NCBI GenBank assembly: GCA_963801205.1
Contig: CAWDDV010000012.1
Span: 293 to 64,292 of the forward strand
Source: an uncultured Acidimicrobiia bacterium
GTDB lineage: Bacteria > Actinomycetota > Acidimicrobiia > Acidimicrobiales > AC-14
Reading direction: 5' to 3'
Length of the DNA stretch: 64,000 nucleotides
Below the pieces are notes generated by a model. The model was not told the origin of the DNA. It was given only the letters and a program-made list of their open reading frames with translations, and made no database searches. Of the stretch, positions 21,081 through 30,571 are shown in pieces. Position 1 is the first letter of the stretch. Each line of letters begins with the position of its first letter. The position numbers and the translations under genes are program-made.

Positions 21081-21092
21081 TCCTGCGGGGCG

Positions 21093-21137
21093 AACTGGTG
21101 ACGGGTCCGGGCCTGACCCCGAAAAACGTCACCGGTT
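21093..21137. repeat. REP-like hairpin (AACTGGTGACG ... CGTCACCGGTT) between convergent genes
   Basis: 11-bp arms (10/11 complementary) around a 23-nt loop. The same arms recur at 28575-28626 and 36883-36927. Confidence 0.6.
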
Positions 21138-22508
21138 GGGAGGGGCGGGCGGGAGCAGGACGTTGGGGTTGAGGATGCCGTCGGGGTCGAGGGCGTGCTT
21201 AATGGCGCGGAAGGCGTCGATCTCCGCGGAGGACCGGCTGAGGTGGAGCCACCGGCGCTTGGCGGTGCCGATGCCGTGCTCGGCGCTGATGCTCCCGCCC
21301 AGGTCGGCGACCAGGCGGAGGACGGCGTCGTCGACCCGTTCGTCGTCGGGGTCGACGCCGGTGACATTGACGTGGACGTTGCCGTCGGCCGCGTGGCCCC
21401 ACATCCACGTGCGGGCGCCCGGCTCGAGGGCGGCGACGACCCGGTGGACCTGGTCGAGGAACGTTGCCAGCTGGTCGCCGGGGAGGCTCACGTCGAGCTT
21501 GTGGGGCGGGCCGAGGGTGTTGACGGCGGCGGCGTGGTCTTCCCGGATGGCCCACAGGGCGGCGGGGTCGCCCTCGACCAGCTCGACCACCTCGGCCACG
21601 CCGGCGATGGCGGCGATGGCGGCGGCCAGGTCGGCGCTCGGATCGGCGCTGTCGGCCGCCTCGACCAGGAGGAAGGCGGCGCGGGGCTGCGCAGTCGGCG
21701 GAGGGCGGCCCGTCACCCGGCACACCAGGTCGACGCCAGCGGCCACCATCAACTCGGCCGCGTCCAGCGCCCGCACGTGGCGGCGCAGGTCGTAGGCGGC
21801 GGCGACCGCCGTAGCGACGTCGTCGAAGGCGAGCAGGGCGGTGACCCGATGGGACGACGGGCCGACCAGGCGCAGGCGGGCGGCGGTGACGATCCCGAGC
21901 GTCCCCTCGCTGCCGCACAGGAGCGACGGCAGGTGGTAGCCGGTGTTGTCCTTGGCCAGGCCGCCCAGGTGGGACACCACCGTCCCGTCCCCCAGCACCG
22001 CCTCCACGCCGAGGACCTGGGCCCGGGTGTCGCCGTGGCGCAGGACCCGGAGGCCGCCGGCATTGGTGGCGATCGTCCCTCCGACGGTGGCCCGGTCGCG
22101 GCTGGCGAAGTCGACCCCGTAGGTCCACCCGGCGGCCCCCGCCGCCCCGTGGATGGCGGTCAGGGTGGCGCCCCCGCCCGCCGTCACCTGGCCGGTGCGC
22201 TCGTCCACCAGTCCGACCTGGTCGAGGCCGCGGAGGCTGAGCACGACCTCGCCCGCGAGGGGCACCGACCCCCCGACCAGCCCGGTGTTGCCGCCTTGGA
22301 GGGTGAGCCCGACGCCGAGGCGGCGGCAGGCGGCGACCACCGCCGCGACCTCGTCGGTCGTCCTCGGTCGGAGTACGGCCGGCGTCGAGCCCCGGAACCG
22401 TCCCGACCAGTCGACGCAGAAGGGAGCGGTGTCCTCCGGCGCGGTGAGGACCTGGTCCGGCCCAGGATGTCGGCGAAGGGGCTTCCGGCCACGGACCGAT
22501 CGTGGCAC
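21129..22508 (-). CDS. FAD-linked oxidase (D-2-hydroxyglutarate/glycolate dehydrogenase-like); a possible extra N-terminal frameshift near 22460
   Basis: FAD-binding PCMH domain (GGNTGLVGGSVP), C-terminal ISAEHGIGTAKR. 459 aa. Confidence 0.8.
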   Translation of the reverse strand: MPRSVRGRKPLRRHPGPDQVLTAPEDTAPFCVDWSGRFRGSTPAVLRPRTTDEVAAVVAACRRLGVGLTLQGGNTGLVGGSVPLAGEVVLSLRGLDQVGLVDERTGQVTAGGGATLTAIHGAAGAAGWTYGVDFASRDRATVGGTIATNAGGLRVLRHGDTRAQVLGVEAVLGDGTVVSHLGGLAKDNTGYHLPSLLCGSEGTLGIVTAARLRLVGPSSHRVTALLAFDDVATAVAAAYDLRRHVRALDAAELMVAAGVDLVCRVTGRPPPTAQPRAAFLLVEAADSADPSADLAAAIAAIAGVAEVVELVEGDPAALWAIREDHAAAVNTLGPPHKLDVSLPGDQLATFLDQVHRVVAALEPGARTWMWGHAADGNVHVNVTGVDPDDERVDDAVLRLVADLGGSISAEHGIGTAKRRWLHLSRSSAEIDAFRAIKHALDPDGILNPNVLLPPAPPNR

Positions 22509-22513
22509 GGTAG

Positions 22514-23449
22514 GTGTCCATGTACCGCGATCGACTTCCGCAGCTCGACGGTGGCGTGTTCCTCACCGACAGCGGGCTGGAGACGGCCCTGATCTTCCTG
22601 GAAGGCGTGGAGCTGCCGCTGTTCGCCGCCTTCGCCCTCCTCGACTCCGAGGAGGGCACCGACCGCCTGCGGCGGTACTTCCAGCGCCACGCCGCCATCG
22701 CCGAGGAGGCGGGGGTGGGCTTCGTCGCCGAGGCCGCCACCTGGCGGGCCAATCCCGACTGGGCGTCCCAGCTGGGCTACGACTCGGCCGCCCTCGACCG
22801 GCTGAACCGGCAGGCGGTCGGAATGCTGGCCGACCTCCGGGACGGCTTCGGAGGAGGGCCGTTCGTCATCAGCGGGTGTGTGGGGCCGCGGGGCGACGGC
22901 TACAGCCCGGAGACGCTCATGACGCCCGACGAGGCCCAGCGCTACCACGGCGAGCAGATCGGGACGTTCGCCGACACCGAGGCCGACATGGTGACGGCCA
23001 TGACCATGACCCACACCGGCGAGGCCATCGGGGTCGTCCGGGCGGCTGTGGCGGCCGGCATCCCGGTGGTGATCGGCTTCACGGTGGAGACCGACGGTCG
23101 GCTGCCGTCGGGGGAGACCCTGGCCGAGGCGGTGACCACGGTCGACGACGCCACCGGGTCGGCGCCCGCGTACTACATGGTCAACTGCGCCCACCCGTCC
23201 CACTTCGAGGACGTGCTGGCGGTGGACGAGCCGTGGGTGGGTCGCATCCGGTCCATCCGGGCCAACGCCTCCCGCCGCAGCCACGCCGAGCTGGACGAGG
23301 CCGAGGACCTCGACGACGGCGATCCCGACGAGCTGGGCGCCGACTATGCCCGACTGCGGCAAGCCCACCCGCAGCTGGCGGTGCTGGGCGGGTGCTGTGG
23401 CACCGACGACCGCCACGTGGCCGCCATCTCCGCCGCCTGCGCCATCTGA
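22514..23449 (+). CDS. Homocysteine S-methyltransferase family protein
   Basis: DSGLETALIF.., GCVGPRGDGY, C-terminal GGCCGTDDRH zinc-binding motif. Intact 311 aa. Confidence 0.8.
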   Translation: MSMYRDRLPQLDGGVFLTDSGLETALIFLEGVELPLFAAFALLDSEEGTDRLRRYFQRHAAIAEEAGVGFVAEAATWRANPDWASQLGYDSAALDRLNRQAVGMLADLRDGFGGGPFVISGCVGPRGDGYSPETLMTPDEAQRYHGEQIGTFADTEADMVTAMTMTHTGEAIGVVRAAVAAGIPVVIGFTVETDGRLPSGETLAEAVTTVDDATGSAPAYYMVNCAHPSHFEDVLAVDEPWVGRIRSIRANASRRSHAELDEAEDLDDGDPDELGADYARLRQAHPQLAVLGGCCGTDDRHVAAISAACAI

Positions 23450-23460
23450 GCCGGCGGCCG

Positions 23461-24879
23461 ATGGCGGGGGCCGACCTTGTCGTCGGGGTCGACATGGCGA
23501 CGGCCGCCGTGCGGGCGATGGCAATGGATGCGGGCGGGCGGGTGCACGCCGAGGCCCACCGTCCGTTGCCGGCGCCGACGTCGCCGAAGCCCGGGTGGTC
23601 GGAGCAGGACCCGGCGACGTGGTGGCCGGCCGTGGCCGCGGTGATCGCCGAGGTGGTGGAGGCGGCGGGCCGCGGGCAGGTGGTGGCGGTGAGCGTGTGC
23701 GCCACGTCGGGGACGGTGGTGGCGTTGGACGGCCGGGGCGAGCCGGTGGGGACCGCCCTCACCTACGCCGACCAACGGGCGGTGGCGGAGGCGGAGCGGG
23801 TGGGGGTGCGGGTCCCGCCATCGTTCGGGCTCCCCAAGTGGGGGTGGCTGGTAGCGAACCGGCCCGGCGTCGCCGCCCTGGCCCACGCCTCGGACGTGGT
23901 CGTGGGCCGGCTGGTGGGCGGCGGGTCCCGGGTCGCCACCGACTGGAGCCACGCGTTGAAGAGCGGCTTCGACCCCCTGCGGGAGGAGTGGTCGGCGGAG
24001 CCGATGGGGGCGTTGGGGATCGGGTCGTCATTGCTGCCCGAGGTCCGGCGGCCCACGTCGTCGGCCGGGGTGGTGGCGCGGGAGGCGGCGGAGGCCACCG
24101 GCTTGCCGATGGGGTGCGGGGTCCGCCTGGGGATGACCGACGGGTGCGCGTCGCAGCTGGCGGCGGGGGCGGGCCAGCCGGGACGGTTCGTGTCGGTGCT
24201 GGGGTCGACCCTCGTCCTCAAGGGGGCCAGCCGGGAGCTGGTCGTCGACCCGACGGGCGCCGTCTACAGCCACCGCCACCCCGACGGTTGGTGGCTGCCG
24301 GGGGGCGCCTCGAGCACCGGCGGGCGGGCGATGGTGGAAGGGTTCCCAGGCCGGGACCTGGCCGAGCTCGACGGGATTGCGGCGGCGCAAGGGCCGGCCA
24401 CGTGCGTGATGTACCCGCTGGTGGGGAGGGGTGAGCGCTTCCCCTTCGTGGCGCCCGACGCCGAGGGTTTCGTGGTCGGCGAGCCGTCCGGGGAGGCCGA
24501 CCGCATCCGGGCCACCTTGGAGGGGGTGGCCTTCGTGGAACGGCTGGGCTACGAGAGGCTGGCGGCGCTGGGGGCGCCGGCGTCGGCGCCCGTGGTGGTG
24601 ACGGGCGGTGGCAGCCGGAGCCCGGTGTGGAACCGGATCCGGGCGACGGTGTTGGGGATGCCGCTGCTGGCCGTCCCCGACGCGTCCACCGCCCGGGGCG
24701 CGTGCATCCTGGCCGCCGCCGGCACCCTCCATCCCGACCTGGCCACCGCCACCGCGGCCATGTCGGCGCGGGGCGAGCCGGTCGAGCCGGACGACGCCGA
24801 GCGCGACGCGCTGGAGGCGAGCTACGCCCGCTTCCGGTCCGCCATCGCCGAGCGAGGCTGGCTCGGCGGCTGGGACTGA
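23461..24879 (+). CDS. FGGY family carbohydrate kinase
   Basis: VGVDMATAAVRAMAMD.., GWSEQDPATWW, GGGSRSPVWNRIRATVLG. Intact 472 aa. Confidence 0.85.
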   Translation: MAGADLVVGVDMATAAVRAMAMDAGGRVHAEAHRPLPAPTSPKPGWSEQDPATWWPAVAAVIAEVVEAAGRGQVVAVSVCATSGTVVALDGRGEPVGTALTYADQRAVAEAERVGVRVPPSFGLPKWGWLVANRPGVAALAHASDVVVGRLVGGGSRVATDWSHALKSGFDPLREEWSAEPMGALGIGSSLLPEVRRPTSSAGVVAREAAEATGLPMGCGVRLGMTDGCASQLAAGAGQPGRFVSVLGSTLVLKGASRELVVDPTGAVYSHRHPDGWWLPGGASSTGGRAMVEGFPGRDLAELDGIAAAQGPATCVMYPLVGRGERFPFVAPDAEGFVVGEPSGEADRIRATLEGVAFVERLGYERLAALGAPASAPVVVTGGGSRSPVWNRIRATVLGMPLLAVPDASTARGACILAAAGTLHPDLATATAAMSARGEPVEPDDAERDALEASYARFRSAIAERGWLGGWD

Positions 24880-24906
24880 GTCGACCTCTTCCGGCTGGTG
24901 ACAACG

Positions 24907-24954
24907 TTCCGCGGCGCGGAGCAGTCGCCTGGCGACTCGATCGCGCCGCGGAAG
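24907..24954 (+). terminator. Long GC hairpin downstream of the FGGY kinase gene
   Basis: 12-bp perfect arms TTCCGCGGCGCG / CGCGCCGCGGAA enclose a second 7-bp inverted repeat AGTCGCC/GGCGACT. There is no U-tract. Confidence 0.4.
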
Positions 24955-25047
24955 AGGCGACTGTCGCGCGGGCGACGTAGCCTGTCCGCCGAACGGCGGC
25001 TCGACCGAACAGGTCCTACAGAGTTTCTCGCTCGTAAGGACATTTCC

Positions 25048-25547
25048 ATGGGTGACTCGTTCATCGTGGTCGAGGGCTACCTGGCCACGCCCGCCGACCG
25101 CTCCAACCTGCGCGACGACGTCTGGTCGTTCGCCCTCGACCAGCGGGCTTTCGGCCCCGGCGGCTGGTGGTGGTCTTCGCCGACCGATCCGGCCGGGTCC
25201 TCACCATCGCCCACGCGCCCCGCACCGACCCTCCCGAGAACGCCCTCGAGGCGTGCATCCAGCACCTGGGTCAGGGGGCGGAGGTGGCCGTCGCCTTCTG
25301 CGACGAACCGGTCGACGAGGGCCCGCCGTCGCCCCGAATCGCCTTCGATCTCGCCGTGCGGAGGTCCGTCGCCGGCCGCTACGGCGTCCACCTCCACGAT
25401 TGGATCTCGTGCGACGACCAGCTCTTCCGCAGTAGCCGCCTGGCCGCCGACGCTGCCGGCGAGTGGTGGGGCCTGCCGTCGCCCCCGCCTCGCTCCGGCC
25501 CGCGCCGCCGGGGGACGTCTCACCACCGGGTCAGGCGTCGCCGGTGA
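25048..25547 (+). pseudogene. Hypothetical protein; one frameshift near 25165
   Basis: MGDSFIVVEGYLATPADRSNLRDDVWSFALDQRAFGPGG continues in ORF 25167..25547 (VVVFADRSGRVLTIAHAP...). I recognise no family. Confidence 0.35.
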
Positions 25548-26508
25548 CCGGCGGGCCGTAGGCCGCGGTCAGGGCCGACCCGAGACGGGCCAGCTCGGCC
25601 CGTAGCTCGGGCGGGTCGATGACCTCGACGTGGCCCGCCAGACCGGCCAGGTCGGAGGCGAGCGACTCCGTGCCGTGGCCGCGGACCTCCACCTCGATCC
25701 GCCCGTCGGGCAAGGGCGGCCCGATGCGCAGGCGGTTGCCGAACGCCCACCGGCACCAGCCGAGGGCCCGGGGCGTGGCCGCGGCGCGGGCAGTCATCGG
25801 CATGCGCCGTTGGTCGACCTCCTCGGCGATGAGCTTCCACGCCTCGGTCAGCACGAACCCCTCCGGCCGCACCACCGCGTCCCCGGTGGGCTCCACCGAC
25901 GTCATGCGGTCGACCCGGAACGTCCGCAGCCCGGCCTCGGTGCCGGCCACCAGGTACCAGGCCCACCCCTTGGCGGCCAGGCCCAGGGGGTGCACCACCC
26001 GGGTGCTCGGCTCCCGGTTGCGAGCCACGTAGCCGAGCGTCACCTGCTGCCCTTCGACCACCGCCCGCTGCACCGAGTCGAGGAAGGGCGGCGGCGGGCG
26101 CCCGGCGCCCGGGTCCCGCGCCTGGTCCCACCCCCGAGGGTCGACCACGACGGCCTCCGATGCCGCCTCCGCGTGGGGACGGAACGGCTCCGGCAGGGCC
26201 CGGGTCAGCTTGCGCAGGGCGGCCTTGACCTGCGGCGTCGCCGCCGACGACGGCCCCGCCACCAGGAACAGCGCCCGGGCCTCGGCCGCGGTCAACCCGC
26301 TCAGGTCGGTCCGCCCGCCGCCGGCCAGCCGCCACCCGCCGTTGCGCCCCTGCATGGAGTAGATGGGCAGGCCCGCCATCCCCAGAGCCTCCAGATCGCG
26401 GCGGGCGGTGCGCTCCGAGACCTCCAACTCCTCCGCCACCTGGGCCGCGGTGACCTGGCCCTTCGACTGCAGCAACAGGAGGATGGCCACTAGCCGATCG
26501 GCTCTCAC
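25531..26508 (-). CDS. YafY-type transcriptional regulator (N-terminal HTH, WYL domain, C-terminal WCX-like domain)
   Basis: MRADRLVAILLLLQSKGQVTAAQVAEELEVSERTARRDLEAL..; central LGYVARNREPSTRVVHPLGLAAKGWAWYLVA. Intact 325 aa. Confidence 0.85.
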   Translation of the reverse strand: MRADRLVAILLLLQSKGQVTAAQVAEELEVSERTARRDLEALGMAGLPIYSMQGRNGGWRLAGGGRTDLSGLTAAEARALFLVAGPSSAATPQVKAALRKLTRALPEPFRPHAEAASEAVVVDPRGWDQARDPGAGRPPPPFLDSVQRAVVEGQQVTLGYVARNREPSTRVVHPLGLAAKGWAWYLVAGTEAGLRTFRVDRMTSVEPTGDAVVRPEGFVLTEAWKLIAEEVDQRRMPMTARAAATPRALGWCRWAFGNRLRIGPPLPDGRIEVEVRGHGTESLASDLAGLAGHVEVIDPPELRAELARLGSALTAAYGPPVTGDA

Positions 26509-26544
26509 GACCTCACCATTCTGACCCCGAGAACCGGCCAGGAG

Positions 26545-27210
26545 GTGACCGGTTTAGAGGCGCACGCTCGTCCCATGACGACAACCCAAACCGCCACCGA
26601 CATCCGCACCGTGTTCGCCCGGGCCGTGGCCACCGGCAGCGAGGTGATCGCCGCCGTCCGCCCCGACCAGCTCGACGGCCCGACGCCCTGCCCCGACTAC
26701 GACGTGCGCACCCTGGTCGGCCACTTGGTCGGCGTCCTCGAGCGGGTGGCGCTCATGGGCCGGGGCGAGAACCCGTTCCAGGCCCCCGACAAGGTCACCG
26801 GCCTGGCCGACGACCAGTGGCTGCCGGCCTGGTCCGACGCCGCCCAGCGGGTGGCCGAGGCGTGGGCCGACGACGCCAGCCTCGTCCGCACCGTCCACCT
26901 GCCGTGGGCCCAGGAGTCGGGTGCCCTCACCCTGGCCAGCTACTGCAACGAGATCACGGTCCACACGTGGGACCTGGCCACCGCCACCGGCCAGAGCCCG
27001 GCGTGGGACCACGAGGTGGTGGCCACCGCCTGGGAGTCCATCCGGGGCATGCCCGGCCACGGCCGGTCGGCGATGTTCGCCGCGGTCCTGGCAGGAATGC
27101 CGGCGGAGTACCGGAAGGCGGGCGACCCGTGGGCCGACGCCGTCCCCGTCCCCGACGCCGCCCCCCTCATCGACCGGCTGGTGGCGTGGAACGGCCGCCG
27201 GCCGACGTGA
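26545..27210 (+). CDS. TIGR03086 / DinB-like (mycothiol-dependent maleylpyruvate isomerase N-terminal type) protein; the start may be ATG 26575
   Basis: LDGPTPCPDYDVRTLVGHLV.. and C-terminal LIDRLVAWNGRRP. Intact. Confidence 0.7.
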   Translation: MTGLEAHARPMTTTQTATDIRTVFARAVATGSEVIAAVRPDQLDGPTPCPDYDVRTLVGHLVGVLERVALMGRGENPFQAPDKVTGLADDQWLPAWSDAAQRVAEAWADDASLVRTVHLPWAQESGALTLASYCNEITVHTWDLATATGQSPAWDHEVVATAWESIRGMPGHGRSAMFAAVLAGMPAEYRKAGDPWADAVPVPDAAPLIDRLVAWNGRRPT

Positions 27211-27402
27211 CCGGTTGGGAGGACGGCCTGCGGTGGGCGTTGCTGTTGACCTCCACCGGGTCTGACGGCTCGGCTGGGCTCGACACCCCGATCGCCGCCC
27301 GCCGGGACGATCATCCCGCGGCCACCGGTATGCCCGCCGGTCCTGCCTCGCCCCGTTAATCGGCCACCTCCCCCGGGCCGGAGCCGTCACACTGGAGCGG
27401 CC

Positions 27403-28563
27403 ATGCCCGTGACCATCAACCCCAAGCTCCTCTCGTGGGCGACCGACGTCGACCCCGGCACCATCCGCCAGGCAGAGAAGACGGCCCGCCTGCCCATCGT
27501 CGCGGGCCACGTCGCCCTCATGCCCGACGCCCACGTGGGCCTGGGCGCCACCGTCGGCTCGGTCATCCCCACCAAGGGCGCGATCATCCCCGCCGCGGTC
27601 GGCGTCGACATCGGCTGCGGCATGGTCGCGGCCGAGCTCGACGTCACCGAGGACCAGCTGCCCGACTCGCTGGAGCCGCTGCTGGGCCGCATCGAGCGGG
27701 CCATCCCCGCCGGCGTGGGCCAGGGCCACGACACCGTGGCCCGCAACGCCGACCGCTGGCTGGCGGCCCACCGTCCGGCCACCGACCTGTCGGCCGACCG
27801 CGTCGTCAAGGCGGCCAAGCAGTTCGGCACGCTCGGCTCGGGCAATCACTTCTTCGAGCTGTGCGTCGACGAGCGGGCCCGGGTGTGGGTGGTGCTGCAC
27901 TCGGGCAGCAGGGGCATCGGCAACCAGCTGGCCCAGATGCACATCGCCACCGCCCGCCGGCTGGCCAAGCACCTCGAGCAGCGGCTGGAGGACCGGGACC
28001 TGGCCTCCTTCGTGGAGGGTACGCCCGAGTTCCAGGCCTACATCGCCGACATGCTGTGGGCCCAGGACTACGCCCGGGCCAACCGGGACCAGATGATGGA
28101 CAACGCCATGCGCGAGGTCTTCGCGTTCCTCGGCCGGGGCCGGGAGACGCGGCGCATCAACTGTCACCACAACTTCACCCAGCGTGAGGTCCACGGAGGC
28201 CAGGAGCTGTGGATCACCCGCAAGGGCGCCATCAAGGCCGACCGGGGCGACTTCGGCGTCATTCCCGGCTCGATGGGCACCCGCAGCTACATCGTGGCCG
28301 GCAAGGGCAACGCCGAGAGCTGGACGTCGTGCTCGCACGGCGCCGGCCGTCGCCACAGCCGGACCCAGGCCAAGAAGCTGTTCACCACCGCCGACCTGGC
28401 CGATTCGATGGCCGGCAAGGTCTGGCTCTCGAAGCGGGCTGCGGCCCTGGTCGACGAGATCCCGGCCGCCTACAAGGACATCGACCAGGTCATGGCCGAC
28501 CAGGCCGACCTGGTCGAGGTCCAGCACGTCCTGCACCAGGTCCTGAACTACAAGGGCACCTGA
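27403..28563 (+). CDS. rtcB: RNA ligase RtcB family protein
   Basis: DAHVGLGATVGSV, DIGCGM, GSGNHFFEL, HSGSRGIGN, CHHNF and SCSHGAGR motifs. Intact 386 aa. Confidence 0.9.
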   Translation: MPVTINPKLLSWATDVDPGTIRQAEKTARLPIVAGHVALMPDAHVGLGATVGSVIPTKGAIIPAAVGVDIGCGMVAAELDVTEDQLPDSLEPLLGRIERAIPAGVGQGHDTVARNADRWLAAHRPATDLSADRVVKAAKQFGTLGSGNHFFELCVDERARVWVVLHSGSRGIGNQLAQMHIATARRLAKHLEQRLEDRDLASFVEGTPEFQAYIADMLWAQDYARANRDQMMDNAMREVFAFLGRGRETRRINCHHNFTQREVHGGQELWITRKGAIKADRGDFGVIPGSMGTRSYIVAGKGNAESWTSCSHGAGRRHSRTQAKKLFTTADLADSMAGKVWLSKRAAALVDEIPAAYKDIDQVMADQADLVEVQHVLHQVLNYKGT

Positions 28564-28574
28564 CCCCCGCGGCG

Positions 28575-28626
28575 AACTGGTGACGCTTTCCGGGGCCGAC
28601 AGCGGCCACCGAAGACGTCACCGGTT
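28575..28626. repeat. REP-like hairpin (AACTGGTGACG ... CGTCACCGGTT) downstream of rtcB
   Basis: Same arms and flanks (GCGAACTGGTGACG / ACGTCACCGGTT) as at 21093-21137. Confidence 0.6.
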
Positions 28627-28670
28627 CGGCTGACTACGGTCACTGATGGTGAGCGAGCGAGTGGAAGCTC

Positions 28671-29807
28671 GTGTGGTTCGGCGACGACGCCACCTGGTAC
28701 GACCACGGTCCCGAGCACCCCCTGCGCCCGGAACGGGTCACCCTCACCCGCCGCCTCATCCACGATTTCGGGCTCGTCGACGGCGAGCGGGTGCGGGAGA
28801 CGCCGGCCCGGGACGCCACCCTCGACGAGCTGGGCCTGGTGCACACCGAGGACTACATCGACGCCGTCATCCGGGCCGGACGGGGCGAGCGGGGGTCGTG
28901 GTGGGAGTTCGGTTTCGGGCCGGGCGACAACCCGATCTTCCCCCGCATGCACGAGGCGTCGTCCCGGGTGGTGGGGGCGACGCTGGCCGCGGCCGAGGCG
29001 GTGCTCACCGGCCGGGCCGAGCACGCCTTCAACCCCGCCGGCGGGCTCCACCACGCCCTGCCGTCGCGGGCCAGCGGGTTCTGCGTGTACGACGACCCGG
29101 CGGTGGCCATCTCCTGGCTCCTGGCCCGCGGCGTGGCCCGGATCGCGTACGTCGACGTCGACGTCCACCACGGCGACGGGGTGCAGGCGATCTTCTACTG
29201 GGACCCGCGGGTGCTCACCATCTCCCTGCACCAGGACGGGCGGACGCTCTTCCCCGGCACCGGTTTCGTCGACGAGCTGGGCTCCGGCGACGCCGAGGGG
29301 ACGAGTGTGAACGTGCCGCTCCCGCCGTTCACGGGCGACGACGCCTGGCTGCGGGCGTTCCGGGAGGTGGTCCCGCCGCTCGTGGAGACGTTCCACCCCG
29401 AGGTGCTGGTCACCCAGCTGGGCTGCGACAGCCACCACACCGACCCTCTGGCCAACATGGGCCTGACGACGGCCGCCTACCGGGCCACCGCGGTGGCGCT
29501 GCACGACCTCGCCCACCGGGCCGCGGGCGGTCGGTGGCTGGCGACCGGCGGTGGCGGCTACCAGTGGGCGAGCGTCGTTCCCCGGGCGTGGACGCTCTAT
29601 TTTGCGGAGATGGCGGGCGCGGGCGCGTCGTTGCCGGACGCCATCCCCCCGTCGTGGCTGGAGGCGGCCGAGCTGGTCGCCGGCCACCCGTTGCCGACGA
29701 CGCTGTCGGAGCCGGCGGTGGTGTCCAACCGGCCCGACGAAGGCGTCGACCGCTCGATCGCGGCAGTCCGCCGCCTGGTGTTTCCTCTGTACGGGCTCAA
29801 GTCGTAG
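28671..29807 (+). CDS. Histone deacetylase family / acetoin-utilisation AcuC-like deacetylase
   Basis: GGLHHALPSRASGFCVYDD, DVDVHHGDGVQ and GGGGY motifs. Intact 378 aa. Confidence 0.85.
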   Translation: MWFGDDATWYDHGPEHPLRPERVTLTRRLIHDFGLVDGERVRETPARDATLDELGLVHTEDYIDAVIRAGRGERGSWWEFGFGPGDNPIFPRMHEASSRVVGATLAAAEAVLTGRAEHAFNPAGGLHHALPSRASGFCVYDDPAVAISWLLARGVARIAYVDVDVHHGDGVQAIFYWDPRVLTISLHQDGRTLFPGTGFVDELGSGDAEGTSVNVPLPPFTGDDAWLRAFREVVPPLVETFHPEVLVTQLGCDSHHTDPLANMGLTTAAYRATAVALHDLAHRAAGGRWLATGGGGYQWASVVPRAWTLYFAEMAGAGASLPDAIPPSWLEAAELVAGHPLPTTLSEPAVVSNRPDEGVDRSIAAVRRLVFPLYGLKS

Positions 29808-29909
29808 GTCCCACCGACCGAAGGGGTCTGTGGGTAGAGGACCTCGGCGCGCGCCCCCGACCCGTAGACGACGAACAGTCGGCGTGCTCCACCAGGAGGG
29901 TTTCGTCCC

Positions 29910-30548
29910 ATGGGTATGTTCCGTCCGATCGTCGCCGCGTGCGTCGCCGCAGTGGTCCTGAGCTCGTGCTCGTCGTCGAAGTCGGACCCCACGTCGGCGG
30001 ACCCGGCGCCCACCACCGACGTCGCCGCCTCGTCCGGCGTCCCCGCCTCCGACCGCGAGCTCGAGGCCCTGTTGGTCACGACCGTGCCGGGGGGCTTCGA
30101 GCTCCAGCCCGACGATGTCGGCGACACCGGCCCCTCCGACCTGGCCAAGGCCATCCGCGACGACCCCACCGACGGGGGCGAGCAGGCGCTCCGGGACGAG
30201 GGCTTCGTCCGGGGCTACCAGCGGCTGTGGGTGGGACCGGCCGACGCCGAGATCATCGTGTTCCTCTACCAGTTCGAGACGCCCGCCGGCGCCCAGGCCG
30301 ACTTCGAGCGGTCGAAGGCGTTCCTCGACGACGAGGAGTTCCTGCCCGAAGCCACGCCCTTCACGGTCGACGGCATCCCCGCGGCCGAGTCGGCGGCCAT
30401 CTCCGCCTCCGTCCCGACCGCCGCCGTCGCGTTGGTGCAGTTCCACACCGGCGTCTACAACGTCCAGATCGTCACCAACGGCCCGGTCATCCAGGGCCTC
30501 CAGGCCCGCGTCTCGAGCATCGCCAAGGACCAGCTCGCCCGCCTCTGA
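29910..30548 (+). CDS. Putative lipoprotein, function unknown
   Basis: Signal peptide with lipobox AAVVLSSC followed by a Ser/Pro/Thr-rich linker. Intact 212 aa. Confidence 0.6.
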   Translation: MGMFRPIVAACVAAVVLSSCSSSKSDPTSADPAPTTDVAASSGVPASDRELEALLVTTVPGGFELQPDDVGDTGPSDLAKAIRDDPTDGGEQALRDEGFVRGYQRLWVGPADAEIIVFLYQFETPAGAQADFERSKAFLDDEEFLPEATPFTVDGIPAAESAAISASVPTAAVALVQFHTGVYNVQIVTNGPVIQGLQARVSSIAKDQLARL

Positions 30549-30571
30549 GCCCGCCTATGGGCCCTCGCTCC

